Positions 1 through 14,044 are shown, counted from the stretch's first letter. The stretch: DNA of 64,000 bases from Rhizodiscina lignyota (GCA_010015805.1 ML978122.1:1088453-1152452), one strand, 5' to 3'. The notes: generated from the sequence alone by a model not told the origin. Numbers and translations are program-made.

Positions 1-292
1 TTCCTATATGTGATTTACACCGAGCAGTCCTCCGAGGTAGAATAGGAAGAAAGAGCGTGACGAAAGTGCGTGAGAGAGGGAAGTGAAGTACTCGATGCCA
101 AGACGCGTAAAAGCGGCCGGTCACGGGATTGCAGAACTTGAGCCAACCACGAAATCTAGGGCTCTACATGCCAAGCTAGCGGCTGCGGAGCTTCCCGAAC
201 TACGCCGCTGGTGAACTGCTAGGCTCACCATATATCTTAGCTGGCAATTTGTCTTCTACATTGTCCTCTACCATTGGCACTGCATAGCCACG

Positions 293-1203
293 ATGAATGT
301 GAGCTACATGTTCTCATTTCGAAATTCTATTTGCTGACCACTATCTTCTAGATCGTAGAATGGGCATTCGGCAAGCGCATGACGCCGGCGGAGCGGCTGC
401 GGAAGCATCAGCGAGCTTTGGAGAAGACACAACGAGAGCTTGACCGCGAGCGTGTGAAGCTGGAGAATCAGGAGAAGAAACTGGTGCAAGATATCAAGAA
501 GAGCGCGAAGAATGGGCAGACGGGGCCGTTAAGGATACAAGCAAAAGACCTGGTGCGAACAAGAAGGTATGCATTATCAGCAGGTTCAGCACTGAGCAGC
601 AGGAATAATTTTCTGTACTTTGCTACTCAATTGTGCTAATAAAACTGTCAGATACATCCAGAAATTCTACCAAATGCGGACACAACTTCAAGCGATTTCC
701 CTGCGTATCCAGGTAATCCACCCCACTTCTTTGCAATACTTCTACTGACGATAGTCTAGACAGTTCGAAGTAACGAGCAGATGATGCAATCGATGAAAGG
801 CGCGACAACGCTACTCGGCAGCATGAACCGGCAGATGAACCTACCTGCGCTGCAACGGATTGCAATGGAGTTCGAGAAGGAGAACGACATAATGGATCAG
901 CGGCAAGAGATGATGGATGATGCGATAGATGATGTGACTGGGCTAGAGGACGAAGAGGAGAGCGAAGAGGTCGTGAACCAGGTGCTGGATGAAATTGGAG
1001 TCGACCTTGGCCAAGCTGTAAGTCTCCAAGTTGTCTATATTGCAATTACGTCGAAAGGCATGCTAACAACTTATCAGCTTGGCGAGACACCCTCAGGACT
1101 GCAGAAGAACACGGAATCCGAAGGGAGGATAGCACAAGCAGTAGGAGGAGGCGATCCAGGTGACGATGATCTCCAAGCCAGACTGGACAGTCTGCGGAAA
1201 TAA
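293..1203 (+). CDS. DID4: ESCRT-III subunit Vps2/Did4 (CHMP2A-like, Snf7 family)
   Basis: Spliced product MN-IVEWAFGKRMTPAERLRKHQRALEKTQRELDRER...DDDLQARLDSLRK (C-terminal MIM1 motif). Introns 299-351, 567-651, 713-759, 1018-1077. First coding exon is only ATG AAT. Confidence 0.95.
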
Positions 1204-2480
1204 TGGGGCACGACATGCGAATGTTTATCGCAGCAGTGTGAGGGATACCTGTACCTGGCATGTCTTGGCTGGCGTTGGTGCTTTCGCAGGAACAGAGCGA
1301 TCCCTTGGCATGGAATACGAGTTTTACGAGATCATGTCCAGATTCCACTGTACCAATAATTCACAGGCAATATCTGACGTCTTCCTGTGGCGTTGTAGAG
1401 CCTCATCTGTGGCTGCCCAATGACCGGACGGCAGGTGCATGGCAAGGTGAGCCCGCGTCAAAGTCCCGCCCGAATTCCCAGGTTGTCGGTCGCGAAACGT
1501 CTCGTGACCAGCTCAAATGAGTATTCGCCTCATTGCGTAATGGTGTAAACAAGTGCGCGCAAACACCCGCCAGTTCCTTTTATCACCGACGGTCGTCGAA
1601 GAGTCGCACTGCAAAGCGCTGTGGCATCCAGCTTGGCCGAAGCGGCGCTTTGATTTCTAAGACCGTCCCTCGTGAGCAGCTGCTTGCATTGCGCGCTCTC
1701 CTCTCCTCGCCCGCACGTCAGCCAGCAGTCGTGCGTCAATCCTTCAATCCACCATTGCACCGAACCTCTTCTGCTTTTCTGCTCCAGCCGCGCCTCGCGA
1801 ATCAGAGCATTTGCACTCTCTCCTGCGCGCAGTGCGTCGTTCCTGAATTTTGGCCTCAAGGCTCTGGCGGCTTCCAGCATCAAACGCTCCAACCGCGTGC
1901 GCCTTCGATTGCCCCGCAGAAAAGACATCATCTCCCTTGCACCTTGCCTACCGTATCCTTGACTTAGCCCTACACAACAACCATCTCAGCATCTGCCGCC
2001 TGAACGTAGCCATCTGTGGGGAAGTAAGCGTCTAGCGACATTCGCCTTCGCTATTGAAGCTCGCCGCACTACCTCGACGTCATCCGAACGGGGCGCTTGA
2101 CGTCCCTGGCCGAACGGGAGCGCGTGTTTCGGTGTCCAGAACCCCTCATCTTTCTCCAAAGCCAACCCACTGTCCACCGGCACGACTCGAGTATCTGTAC
2201 GTCCCACCCGATCTCTCATATCCTGGTGTCTTATCCCATTCGTCGGAACTCACCTTTCATGAGTCGTTGGCGCTAATCGGCCGTAATAGCTTGCACCGTC
2301 GCGAATTTCCACCTCACCTGCACCCGCCCGCTCCCACACCACAACTCAAACTAAACCCTCGATCACATCTCCATTGGCGTTTTAATCAAAGGCCGCACGC
2401 GCTACATATCCTGACAGCTCAACAAACTGGCTGGGAACAAGCGGAGGAGCTTCTCCGGCTCAGGAGGCCTGCTCAACAGG

Positions 2481-4279
2481 ATGTTTGGCTCTGCCACACC
2501 GGGCAAAGACGATGGCAGTGTTGTCGACACCGACAGCGTCAAGGCTGGGACACTGTCTATTCCAGAAACCAACAACGACATGTCGCGAAAAGATAACGGT
2601 GGAAATGGCAGCCCGATCGATGCGAAGAAGAACGCAGAGCCCGAGAGCCCTGCCACGGAGAAGAAGCGGAGAAGCAGTAGCGTTGCAAAGGCAAGAGACA
2701 TATTTTCTAGCGCTAGACAGTCCCTACATCTTCATGGATCGTCTCCTACATCCGCATCGGGCGAAAAGCTCGCTCAATCACCAATGCAAAAGCTCAGCAA
2801 GCAAGATCCAGCACTTGGTGTACCGCAAGGCTCATTGAACAACTCTGCTGGAGAATCTATACCAGGACCAAAGTCTACTTTCCGAGTTGGCGTCACAGAA
2901 GACAAGAATAAAAAGTGCAGAAGAACAATGGAGGATACGCATGCCTACCTTTACAACTTCCTATCGACACCCGCGCCAGCTCTGGGCGACGACAACTCCT
3001 CCAAAGGCCGGCACTCGACCGATTCTGGACACGGCTCAAACGACGTGGCAGTTGTAGAGACTGACAACGGTTACTTTGCCATTTTTGATGGTCACGCTGG
3101 TACTTTTGCGGCCGATTGGTGTGGCAAAAAGCTCCACCTCCTCCTTGAAGACACCATCCGCAAGAATCCGAATACGCCCATCCCAGAACTCCTCGACCAG
3201 ACCTTCACGCTCGTCGATCAACAGCTTGAAAAGTTACCATTAAAGAATAGCGGATGTACTGCTGTCATAGCGGTTTTACGCTGGGAAGATCGTGTGCCCA
3301 ATAATCAGTCTGCTACCGGCTCTGCACTTCTTGCTCCCATCGCAGCCGCAGCTACGAAAGCGGCAGAAACGTCAGATACAACCCCAACTGCTGACACAGC
3401 TCAGAATGCGACCACCAATGAGTCCGCTCCTGAAAAGCTGAAAGAATCTGCTTCGCGCCAACGTGTGCTGTACACTGCAAATGTCGGCGACGCACGAATC
3501 GTGCTTTGTCGCAATGGCCGAGCTCTGCGATTATCGTACGACCATAAAGGCTCGGACGAAAATGAGGGCAGACGTGTAGCCAATGCTGGCGGCCTGATCT
3601 TGAACAACAGGGTCAACGGCGTACTGGCAGTCACTCGAGCGCTGGGCGATGCGTACATGAAAGACCTGGTGACAGGACACCCATACACGACCGAAACTGT
3701 TATTCAACCAGAACAAGACGAATTCCTCATTTTGGCTTGTGATGGGGTAAGAGAACCATTTTCTATTTTGTACGAGCCGTCTTGCTATCAAGTAGGCGGA
3801 GCATAGTGAAAGACAGAGCGCTAATAATGAAATAGCTATGGGACGTCTGCTCCGACCAGGAAGCAGTCGATCTTGTCCGCAACGAGCAAGACCCTCAAAC
3901 TGCGTCCAAAAGATTAGTCGAACATGCGCTTGCCCGCTTCTCTACGGACAATCTGAGCTGCATGATTGTCCGGTTCGACAACAAGGCTCTGTCACAACGT
4001 CGCGCCGAGCACGCTATTGGCGTTGAAGGCGACAAAGGGATGAAAGATGGAGTAAGTGAAGCTGAGCATATCGTCGCAGAAACGAGGAGAGTTCTAGACG
4101 ACACCGGCAAAGTCCCCGCGGAGGGGATTCCTCCGGTTAATCGAGGCAGCGAGGACATGATCGTAGAAGAAAAGGAAGGAGACGAAAAGGATCAAGAAGG
4201 GGGTCCGGAGTTGAATGAGGAGGCGTTGAAGACGGCGAGGGAAAAAGCAGGGGCGAACAAAGAGGGGGAGAAGAGCTGA
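2481..4279 (+). CDS. PTC1: PP2C/PPM protein phosphatase, Ptc1-type
   Basis: Motifs [48 protein letters not shown]. One intron at about 3747-3836. Confidence 0.93.
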
Positions 4280-5168
4280 GGTTGGGTTGTTGAGTTTCCT
4301 ACCTTTACCCTTCTCAACATCGTTTCAGCGAGTGCAATTGGGGATTGTGTACAATCTTGCTTTTTTTCATGTCCTACATGGCTCTGAGTTTGTCCTAAGA
4401 GCAGTTTTTACGTCAAGCGGGTCATGGTCACGAAAAGAAGGGTGCATTCGGGGGTCGAGCGAAGCCGAAGCTGGCGGGGCTTTGGAATTTCTAGTTCTTT
4501 TGTCTTCTTCATATTCTGGTCCAGCATCAGAAAGGCGTTGAGCACGCACACATTCGGAGACGTCAAGGCTTGTCTGCTCGTCTCGTTCGCTTCAGTCGCT
4601 ACTCAGTGCCGTTGATAGTCGCAGTGGAGATGTCTCGCCTCAATAGATGCCGAAATTGCTGCACAGAAAAGATTGATTGACGTCTGGATATTTAAACTGG
4701 AACGGGTGATTATCATGACCGATTTTGGCAGCGTGCATGTGAACGGAGCGAATGAGGAAGCCATTGGCCTGGTGTCAACGGCGCAGAATGGACGGTGGTT
4801 GGAGGGCGGATCCTTCGATCTGATTCTCAACGACATCCCTTCCAACGGCCTGCTCCTCAGCCATTCATTTAGCCTCCCTCTCCTCGTCCCTCCAGATCTG
4901 CCTCCCATCCCCGTTTAGAAACAGGCGCCATCGCCTGGCCTGGATATCCTATCCATCGTCGCGCTCCACGCCACTCCGCTCCGCCGGCAACCCCACGCCT
5001 CCTCCGTGGGGACGTCACATATCATTTTATCGTCGTACGCCACAACACCATATTCGCGCGCGCGTCAGAGCTTCGCGGAGCTGCCGAGGCCCAGCTGCAG
5101 GGCCGAGAGGTGCGACGTAGACGGATCGATGAAGCTGGTGCTCGTCACCACCGCGCATCGCAGCAGAG

Positions 5169-6938
5169 ATGGCGGGCTCCGATGAGGAACGCTCCCCCAA
5201 AGCAGCAGCAGCCAACCCCCACTACCACCGCGGCCAGCAAACACCCCAACACCAGGACCCTCCTCCTCCCGCACTCCAGGCCCGCGCTCTGGAACCTGAA
5301 CACGATCTCTCCGCCGCATCGCCAGCGCATCGCAACATTAGCCCGCAGTTGCACCATCACGTGTATCATGCTGCCATACCCGCACACACCGGATCTCCAA
5401 TCGGCGGTGTGGTAGGAGTCGATTTCGCCAGCAGCAGCGGCGACGCGGGCGGTCACGCGCCTCTCCCAGCCGTCCAGTTCCAAGTCGCTGCTCCTTCGAG
5501 CTTTCTCAGACCTGGATTACGTACGGCCGGCAGTCGTCCTGCGTCGAGCGCTGGCGCAGGAGCAGCGCTTCCAATCGGTATGAGCAAAGGCGCTGCTGGC
5601 CAGGGCCAGGCCCGTGTAGAAAGCCCGCTGGACAAAGAGCACCGCGAGGGCCTGGTAAGTGGCGATTCTCTTTTCCCCCCATCATGCGGCCGCGCGCGCC
5701 GCGTCTTGAGCCTCATCATGTGCTTGGCTTTGACGAGGGTATCCTATGCGACTCGCACGGTGCATGTGTGTGCTGGAGCATCGCGATCACGCGGTCCAAA
5801 GCAACTACCTTGTGCTACGTTGAATGGGGGCCCTCGCTGTCTGGTTGGAGGCAGGCATGGCCATTCACATGAGGCGGTCTTATTGCTTGCACGTCACACC
5901 TGCTAACTAGCGATTGCCGCACGCGACAGAAAGCAATCCGCGCATTCCTCAAAGTCCGCACCTCATACGACGTCCTCCCTCTCTCCTTCCGCCTCATCGT
6001 CTTCGACACCGCGCTCCTCGTCAAGAAATCCTTGAACATCCTCAACCAGAATGGCATCGTCTCGGCGCCGTTGTGGGACTCGAAAACCTCGACCTTCGCA
6101 GGTCTCCTCACCACCTCCGACTACATAAACGTCATACAATACTACTGGCAGAATCCAGATGCCTTTGCTGCAATCGATCAGTTTCGCCTCGACTCATTGC
6201 CAGATGTCGAGCGCGCGATTGGCGTGCAGCCGCTCGAGACCGTGTCAATACATCCAGACAGACCGCTATACGAAGCATGCAGGAAGATGATAACTTCAAA
6301 AGCTAGGAGGATACCACTCGTCGACTTTGATGACGAGACACAGAGAGCTATGGTTGTGAGCGTTGTGACGCAATATCGAATACTGAAGTTCGTTGCTGTC
6401 AACGTGAAAGAGACTGTCAAGTTACGCAAGCCACTGGGCCAAATAAACCTGGGAACATATGGTGAAATGGGCAGAGAGGTGGCAGTTGCAAATATGGACA
6501 CGCCTGTCATGGATGTGATACACATGCTGGTCCGACGTAGCATATCTTCAGTTCCGATTCTTGATAGAGATGGTGAGTTATGCTCTTACACCTTTCCGTA
6601 CCAGTTTTACTACTTTATAGGGTAAAAGTCGCTGAGTCCTCCCAGGTGTCGTCATAAACGTTTTTGAAGCCGTCGACGTGATCACCCTCATCAAAGGCGG
6701 CGAATACGATGGCCTTAACCTCACAGTCGGCGAAGCATTGCTCAAACGCTCCGACGACTTCTCCGGAATATACACGTGCACCCTCAACGACAGGCTGGAC
6801 ACAATCTTCGACACAATCAGGAAGAGCAGAGTACATAGGATGGTCGTCATCGACGAGAACAGCAGGCTGAAGGGCATCTTGACCCTGAGTGATATCTTGG
6901 AATACGTGCTCCTCGAGGGCGAGGGCGATGAAGACTGA
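5169..6938 (+). CDS. SNF4: AMPK/SNF1 gamma subunit (four CBS domains)
   Basis: KAIRAFLKVRTSYDVLPLSFRL, APLWDS, FAGLLTTSDYINVIQYY, VVTQYRILKFVAVN, GILTLSDILEY. Introns 5655-5929 and 6573-6645. Confidence 0.93.
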
Positions 6939-7593
6939 GCATTGAACCATGCAAGGATGTTCCAAACGAACCACCTTTCGATCGATTTCCTACGATGACG
7001 GTAATGCGATTGCGGTAGGCGGCCTCACCTTTTCGAGGCCATCAACCGCTCCTTGCGGCGCACAAGGAATTCAAAAAATCGAGCTTGGCATTTGCCACAA
7101 TTCTGAAGTGAAAATAGAACGATTTTGGGGAGGGCCAGGCTGCATTCAGCAACGGTGTTGATTTTGTTTAAACTTTGTGTGCTTTTCTTTGGATTCTAGA
7201 CAGTTTTGACCCTTTCGCGAGCGAGGGATGCCCTTGGTTTTCGGGCTTGTTGGGCTTTTTCCTTTTGGAAAAAGGTCCCCAGCGATTCTCCTCTCTCTTT
7301 TGATGAATGATCGATGCGACGATGGGCACGAACGCGGGTATGGGATGAGTCGATGGCATGGCCTGCGGAATCGCGACGCCTGGTAATACATAGTTAGATG
7401 AGGCTGGAAACGAAATTCGAATACTTCGATCAACTACTCTCTCGTTCCTTTCACTGCTGAGGTTCTTACCTGGAAATACACCCCTGCATAAATTCGATAT
7501 TACGTAAGCCATCGTGAAGCATTTGAACGTGAAGATGCTGGACCTTCTCTATTCTTCTAATAGCATGGCTCATCGAAAGACGAATAGCTATAT

Positions 7594-8954
7594 CTAAGCT
7601 AGTCCTAGTGCCTCCCTCCGAGACACAGAGTTGGGATCATAGAACGGCTTCTCACCCAAAGACACAACCCGGTTGCCCTGCCTCTTGCCCTGGTAGTCAT
7701 TCGTCGCAGTATGGAAAACCGAGCGATTATCCCAGACGGCGAGATCATTGACCCCCCACTTGAACCGTACCTGCAGGTCATGATTCTCTGCAATGAGCTT
7801 CAAGAAATACGCCTTGATGATATCGCTCTCGGTCTCCGTGACGCCGTCGATCCAGCCGTGCTCGACCTGGTGCGCAGCACCAAACAGCGACTTCCAGCCC
7901 GTGACGGGGTTGGTGCGGACGACGGGGTGAGAGGCTTCGAAGTCGAGGCCGGTATTCTCGGGGGAGCCGCGGTCGGTGTCGATCAGCTCTGCGCCGAACT
8001 CCTTCGAGACTTTGACGAAGTTTGGCTGGTGGTGCGTGGCGGTCAGGTTCTCGGCGAATTTCTTCCAGATGGGGGAGAGGCGGTCGTAGGCTTCGTAGCC
8101 GCTGGCCCAGAGCTTGTAGGGTGTCAGTTGATATGCCAATGATATTAACGAGGAATTGTCATACTGTATCACCGCCGCTTCCATCCGTAGGAAGGGTATG
8201 GATCTTTAGAATCGCGTAGTCAGAAGGACACGCTCGAAGGTAATGCTTGGGCCTTGTTAGCGCAGCTCTCTCCGTTCTGAAAGTAGGGGTATTACTCCGC
8301 ATGCCAGCCCTCGCTAGCGAGCTTCTTGGAGTTGAATCCAAAGCGGTCCTTGTAATATTTGCGATTTTGCTAAACAGTGTCAGCTACTCCAGTAACTTCC
8401 AGGGATGTGAGACATACATACCTCGGAAGAGATGACAGAGATTTCGTCGTCAAGCTTTCCATTCTCATCGACAGCAATACCACGCTTGCTGTTGCTGAGG
8501 GCGTGACGATGAAGCTATGCTGGTTAGCATTGTGCCAGCAATGTGTATAAATGTCGTCGTACCTTGGAGCTTGCAGGCTTGCCAGTGAGTTCACCGAGCT
8601 TCTGCCCGAGAAGCTTCTGTTGTTCCACATCGATATTCTGGTTCCGGAAGAAGACGACACCACGCTGAGAGACTATGATGTGTGAGAAACATATGGTTTA
8701 ATTCGAGGAAATGGCAGCAAACCAGTGATGGCAAGATCACGGATCTTGTTGTCGTCTGACAAAATGTCGCTCAGCTGCAGTTCCGAGAATTCTCTTCCAA
8801 TGGCAGGAGTAACATCGACGCTCTTGTATTGATCAAGGCTACCGGAATATTTCAGGGGCTCCTGAAGCCGGTTGGTTAGAGTGCTACCCTTGGTAGGGAA
8901 CTTGACTTCCTCGGGACGGATAGCCAGATCTACGTCAGCGGCTGGTGGCGCCAT
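7594..8954 (-). CDS. TauD/TfdA Fe(II)/2-oxoglutarate dioxygenase (sulfonate dioxygenase-like); carries an apparent 1-nt frameshift
   Basis: DVTPAIGREF, SQRGVVFFRNQ, GWHAD|ITFERV / PSDYAILK, GGDT|LWAS, HPVVRTNPVTGWKSLF, WDNRSVFHTA. Five introns. ITFERV and PSDY lie in different frames at 8226-8227. Confidence 0.88.
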
Positions 8955-9925
8955 AGTTCAGAAAGATCGAATGTTGTAGATATTGAGGTAATTAATACAG
9001 GACATCCCCCTCGAGTAGTTTCCCCAGCCATCCTTTATACCCACTGTTCGACATCACACATCCGGACACCGGGGCAGCCGATTACGGGCAGTAGTGCATC
9101 ACGCAAGTCTCGTCCCGGCATGCCATATTAAGGGATCCCTCCATCTAGAACGACTGAGCCGTCAACTCATATCGATGTTTGACTGGTTGATGCTAGGAAC
9201 TTTGGGTGATGGTGTGCGATGTCGAGCTCCTCGCGCAACCGCCCCTCCTCATCCCGTGACTTTCGCGACTTTGATACGACGATGATAAGAACCAAAACAT
9301 CCACAATTGGATATAGAGTCGGAAGGGGCGGCATACTATTGAAAGCCATTGAAGTCTTTAATGAACTTGCACCATGCTTGCAGCGATGGCAACATCAACG
9401 TGGGACTTGAGGGAGAGAAGCGCGGGTAGAGCAACAAGGAGGAAAGGGAGTAAAACGGAAGGAAACAATGGATAGTACGAAATACAATAGACAGATGAAA
9501 ATAGGGGAACGCGGCAAATACTTGAACGAGCAATGCTCACTCCGTAGCAAGAGCGTCCATGAGGTCCAGCACGGTGATCCAGTATGTAGAGCCAAGCTCG
9601 GTTCTCCTGGAACAGAGCTTCGGCGAGAGTAATCTCAGCTCCGGAGGGATCAATCCTGGCATTGAACGTTCCGATATGGAAGCCAAAATCTTGTGGTAGC
9701 TGCTCTGAAGGTCTATACTGTATGTATGTATGCATCCACTGTATCGACTATGGGATGGAGGAGTTCGAAGATGGCGGCCAAGCTCGGTATCGCATCGCAT
9801 CGGGGTCGGCAAAACTCCGGGACACCCCTTGTAATTGTATCAAGAAGGCGATGGTAACCTAGATGGGCATTGCTTTGGGTACTACTATTTCAACAGCAAT
9901 GGTTCCCCCAACCCTTCTTCGGTAG

Positions 9926-12486
9926 ATGGCCACAAACCCCAGAGCCGTTGTGCTCTTGATCCTCCTCATCCTCCTCCTTTTCTCACCCGACCCGCAAACC
10001 CAATCTCTCCCGCAGCGCTTCCGGTTTGACGATGTCCTCGACCGCGAGTTCTACGCGCTGAATGTGCTGAACCACTCGAGCTATGGCGATTTTGAGCCCA
10101 GCCACGATAGATGGCTGAATATCAGTGGATTTCGGAAGAGTGACGGGTTTGCGTGGGAGGCGCTAGACGAGGTAAAGGAGAGGGTGAGGGGGAAGATTGA
10201 GTGGGTTATCGATGCGGATGCGGCGCATCGGTTTCCTGATTCACCAGATGAGCAAGAAGGGTTCAGGGCGAGATTGCCACTCTATAGGAACATCTCTGGC
10301 TTTGCGAGAGGGACATGGGTGCGATCGAGCAAGGTCACCGATGTGCATACCCCAACGCTCAATCGGACGGCCCTGGGCATCAGTAGCATGTATGGGAATC
10401 AGCCGTTCAATAGAAATATTACTGGCGACAGCGGAAGTGTGAAGTTCCACTTTGATGAGAGGGGTCTAGAGTTTCTACAAGAGAAAGATGGTGTCAAGGA
10501 GTCGAAGGCGCAGTTGACGATACATGATGAATCCAGCAGTGGTGAGGGTTGGGAGATGAAGTTGCACGGCGTGCATTTCCTAGAGAGTGGACTGATGGTT
10601 ATGACTACGACGAGCGAGAAGTGAGTTCCTCTCTATATCTCCATGTAACCAATGATAGTAGCATTGACACTGGCAGGTTTGCGGGCATTTTTGGCTTGCC
10701 ACAATTCATGCCGTCTAATACAACATTCAACTCATCGATGGCCCTTCTGAACCAGACCATCCGTGAAATCATCCAAGAGCAAAAAGACGACATCAGGATT
10801 GTCACGAATCCCTGGACGTCAGCCAGCGATGGAACAATTGAAGGCATCTTCTCACCTCCACACTGCGAGTACGTCGTTTGGTTACAACAACATCCGTTGA
10901 ATATGCCCGAAGAACAGGACGATACTTCGAAGTCGCAGTATCCTCTGGAATCAGTCGAGAAGGAACTACGCTATCCATCAGGCTACATATACAAACCGCC
11001 ACCAAGCATGAAGATGGAAATGCTCATATTTTCCCCTGATTGTGGTTTCGTTCTAGAATCAAAGGGACCCCCAGAGTATACTCCTCGAGAATCACAACAT
11101 CTTCTTGGCCCGAAGATCGAAGTCATTACCAATACAGGACGGCACTTGACTATGATATTTGGTGCCGTTCTGTGTGGGCAGATATATCTTGCATTGATAC
11201 AGATGAAGGAAGCTTCTACGCCATCGACTCGAAGCCGTATCAGCTTCTATACCGTAGCGATTTTGTCTATGGGCGACGGCTTTACAGCAATGGCATTTCT
11301 CCCCCTCGGCATGTTTGTGGAGTCAATGTTCCTGAACTTTCTCGCCGTCTCATTCTTCGCATTCTTCTCCGTTACATTCTTGGACTTGCGGTTCCTCATG
11401 GACATATGGATGGTTCAAGATGAAGAACGGCGACGCCAAGTACGGCAACAGAACGCGCGGAACAGTGGCGACTCAACTCCGTCACCAAATACCACTGCAC
11501 AGCCGACTCCACCTAGTGATACGCCTGTCCCTGCAGTACCTGCCGCACCTGCACCGACACCTGTAATTATCACTCCTGCAGGAGCAGAGACGCTCCCACT
11601 TCCCGCAACCGCGCGGCGCAATCTTCTTTCTGGTGCGACTCCCATTATTCTTCCATCTGATCAAGACGACGAAGCAGGCCAAACCCTTACAACCACCGGT
11701 ACAAACGATTCTCCGACACGACGCTTTGGCGCGCTGTACACACGTTTCTATGCTTTGCTCTTGATCATCGTCTTCCTCTCCCTTCATGCAACCTCCTGGC
11801 CTCTCGGCCTTCGCTCAGCTTACATGAATCTCCTTGCCTTCATCTATTTATCCTGCTGGATCCCGCAGATCTACCGCAACACAATGCGCAACTGCCGCAA
11901 AGCACTACTGTGGAAATACGTAGTTGGCCAAAGCGTCTTGCGCCTCGTGCCATTCGCCTACTTCTACGGCATATACGACAACGTCCTGTTTGTCGAGAAT
12001 GATCGCCGCGCTTTGCTCGTCCTGGCAGGCTGGGTCTGGGTCCAGGTATGGATCCTCGTGATCCAAAATCTCCTCGGACCACGTATCTTCGTGAAGAAGA
12101 GCTGGGTCCCGCCAGCGTATGACTACCACCCGATACTGCGCGAAGACGAGGAAGGCGCCACAATGCCCATTGGCTTCACACAGGCTACTGATGCGGATAC
12201 ATCGTCACCTTCGTCCCCGACGTCGCGCAGGCCGTCCGTTGTGGAGAAGGAAAAGGGAAAGAGGTTGTACGATTGTGCGATTTGTATGCAGGACATCGAG
12301 GTTCCAGTTGTGCTGGCTGGTGGTGCAGACACCTCGTCGGCAGCAAGCTTGCCGGCCAATATTCTAGCGAGAAGGGCATATATGGTTACGCCGTGTCGAC
12401 ATATTTTTCATACGCACTGCTTGGAGGGTTGGATGAGGTATAGGCTGGCCTGTCCAATCTGTAGAGAGACGCTTCCGCCACTCTGA
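9926..12486 (+). CDS. TUL1: Golgi transmembrane RING E3 ubiquitin ligase Tul1/Dsc1
   Basis: Signal anchor, large lumenal domain, about 7 TM segments (WIPQIYRN, GPRIF..YDYHP), C-terminal RING-H2 CAIC...TPCRHIFHTHCLEGWMRYRLACPICR. Intron 10622-10676. Confidence 0.92.
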
Positions 12487-12830
12487 GCACGAGCGCTTTA
12501 CTGGTAGAAACTACTGGTCGCATTCACGAATCTTAGCCATATGATCCCCGGACAGCACGTCTGTACTTGATAGAGATCGCTCAAGTGTTGCACTATGCAT
12601 TATCAAGAAGTTCAACATCAGGATAACACGCCGTTCGCGTCACGCAGGTGCCCAAAACACGTTCTTCCCGACCCTTCAACACGCTTTAGATCACTGGATG
12701 GACTTGGTGTCGAGTGTATGCCAACACTCATGTTGTTGAGTATAAAGTTTCTAGAACAGTGTAGCTCATCTCTCTCACCTCAGTGACCTCACTCCCTCAC
12801 ACCCTCATCCAAGAACACAAGAAACGAATC

Positions 12831-13409
12831 ATGCTTCTCGACCCGAACATCATCCTCGCCGCCATCAATGTCCTCCTCTTCCTCAACACCTACAGAATGG
12901 GCCCCGCATACAAAGACACGCCAGAAAAGCAAGCGGCTTCCAGAGGCTACGTCCCCCATCCGGCTCTAAACATGCCGCTGTACCTGTGGGACGTAGCGGG
13001 TGGTCAAGTCCCGGCAATGACTCGTACATCTGAAGAAGATGCAGGGACCGGAACGGCGCCGGCGCCTCCTACGTCAGAAGAGGCACCAGAACCTGAGGAT
13101 CAAGAAGATCACACAGTCGATCAGCACAACGACAGGGATTGGAAGATCGTGTTGGAGAGGTTGTTCAAGGCGGTCAGATTCATCGGAAACTGTGCGGTCA
13201 TTGTCGCGGGCGGTTACGTCGTGCGCAATCTGGAACGCGAAAGGAGGGCCTTCCTGGCGGCCCAGGCTGAGCGTCGCAACTTGGGAGGCCGAGAGGGGAC
13301 GGAGGGTTGGGAGGTTGCTTTCAGTGACGTTGATGAAAGGCACGAATGGGGGATACACTACACACAAGATCGAGGCAAGATACGTGATGCGACTCAGAGC
13401 GAACAATGA
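12831..13409 (+). CDS. Hypothetical membrane protein (two hydrophobic segments flanking an acidic linker)
   Basis: Open 192-codon frame from ATG 12831: MLLDPNIILAAINVLLFLN..., acidic/Pro linker, FIGNCAVIVAGGYVV then basic segment. No family recognised. Confidence 0.55.
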   Translation: MLLDPNIILAAINVLLFLNTYRMGPAYKDTPEKQAASRGYVPHPALNMPLYLWDVAGGQVPAMTRTSEEDAGTGTAPAPPTSEEAPEPEDQEDHTVDQHNDRDWKIVLERLFKAVRFIGNCAVIVAGGYVVRNLERERRAFLAAQAERRNLGGREGTEGWEVAFSDVDERHEWGIHYTQDRGKIRDATQSEQ

Positions 13410-14044
13410 CCCTCTCTGTTACTTGTTATTCTATGGATAGCAATAGCAAATGTAGAATTGCAGGTTGAAGCCATTAACAAGACACACACTACAATATTTC
13501 TAAGATACGTTTGAATAATCTATGCGTTATAACCTCGTCGTCGTGCGGAGTACCAATGCAATCTATAGCAACAACCAAATTCCAAAGCGCGGCGGCCCAG
13601 TTGGCAGGGTCCAAAAGCAAGCTTACAAAATCAAAGTCTACAAGCGCTACTGGCGTAACGTAAAGCAAGAAAGAAAAGTCCGGCGGGCCAAGCAAGCAAA
13701 TACAAAATACGGCAAGGCAATGTATTCCTTTTCCGGATATGTCATCTCCAAATTCAACATTCCTCCATTCCACCGCGGAAGCGGTACACTCCAGCTCGGC
13801 TGAGCTTTGCATCCATCTGGCCAATAGTGGAAGACCAAAAACGGAACCGGCATTCAATGTGAAGGGCTCACATGTCCGAAGTGGCATATATCCGAAGTCT
13901 CCAGTAAAGGCATCCAGCTATGGGTATGGTGATCGATATCCCGAAAGCTAGAGTGTGGTCAGCAAATGGGTACAGTCGCATCCGGGTGGTAATGATGACT
14001 TACGAATCCAGTGTCTCAAGCAAAAAGTTTTTCGAGCGGGGCTT

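Noticed and set aside
1530..2480. Overlapping ORFs of 96-180 aa upstream of PTC1
   Set aside because: No domain motifs; pyrimidine-rich promoter/5' UTR-like sequence.
9358..9812. Minus-strand ORFs between the TauD and TUL1 genes
   Set aside because: No coherent exon structure or recognisable motif.
13489..14000. Basic ORF 13522-13803 and neighbours
   Set aside because: Lies in the likely 3' UTR of the C2H2 gene; compositional artefact.
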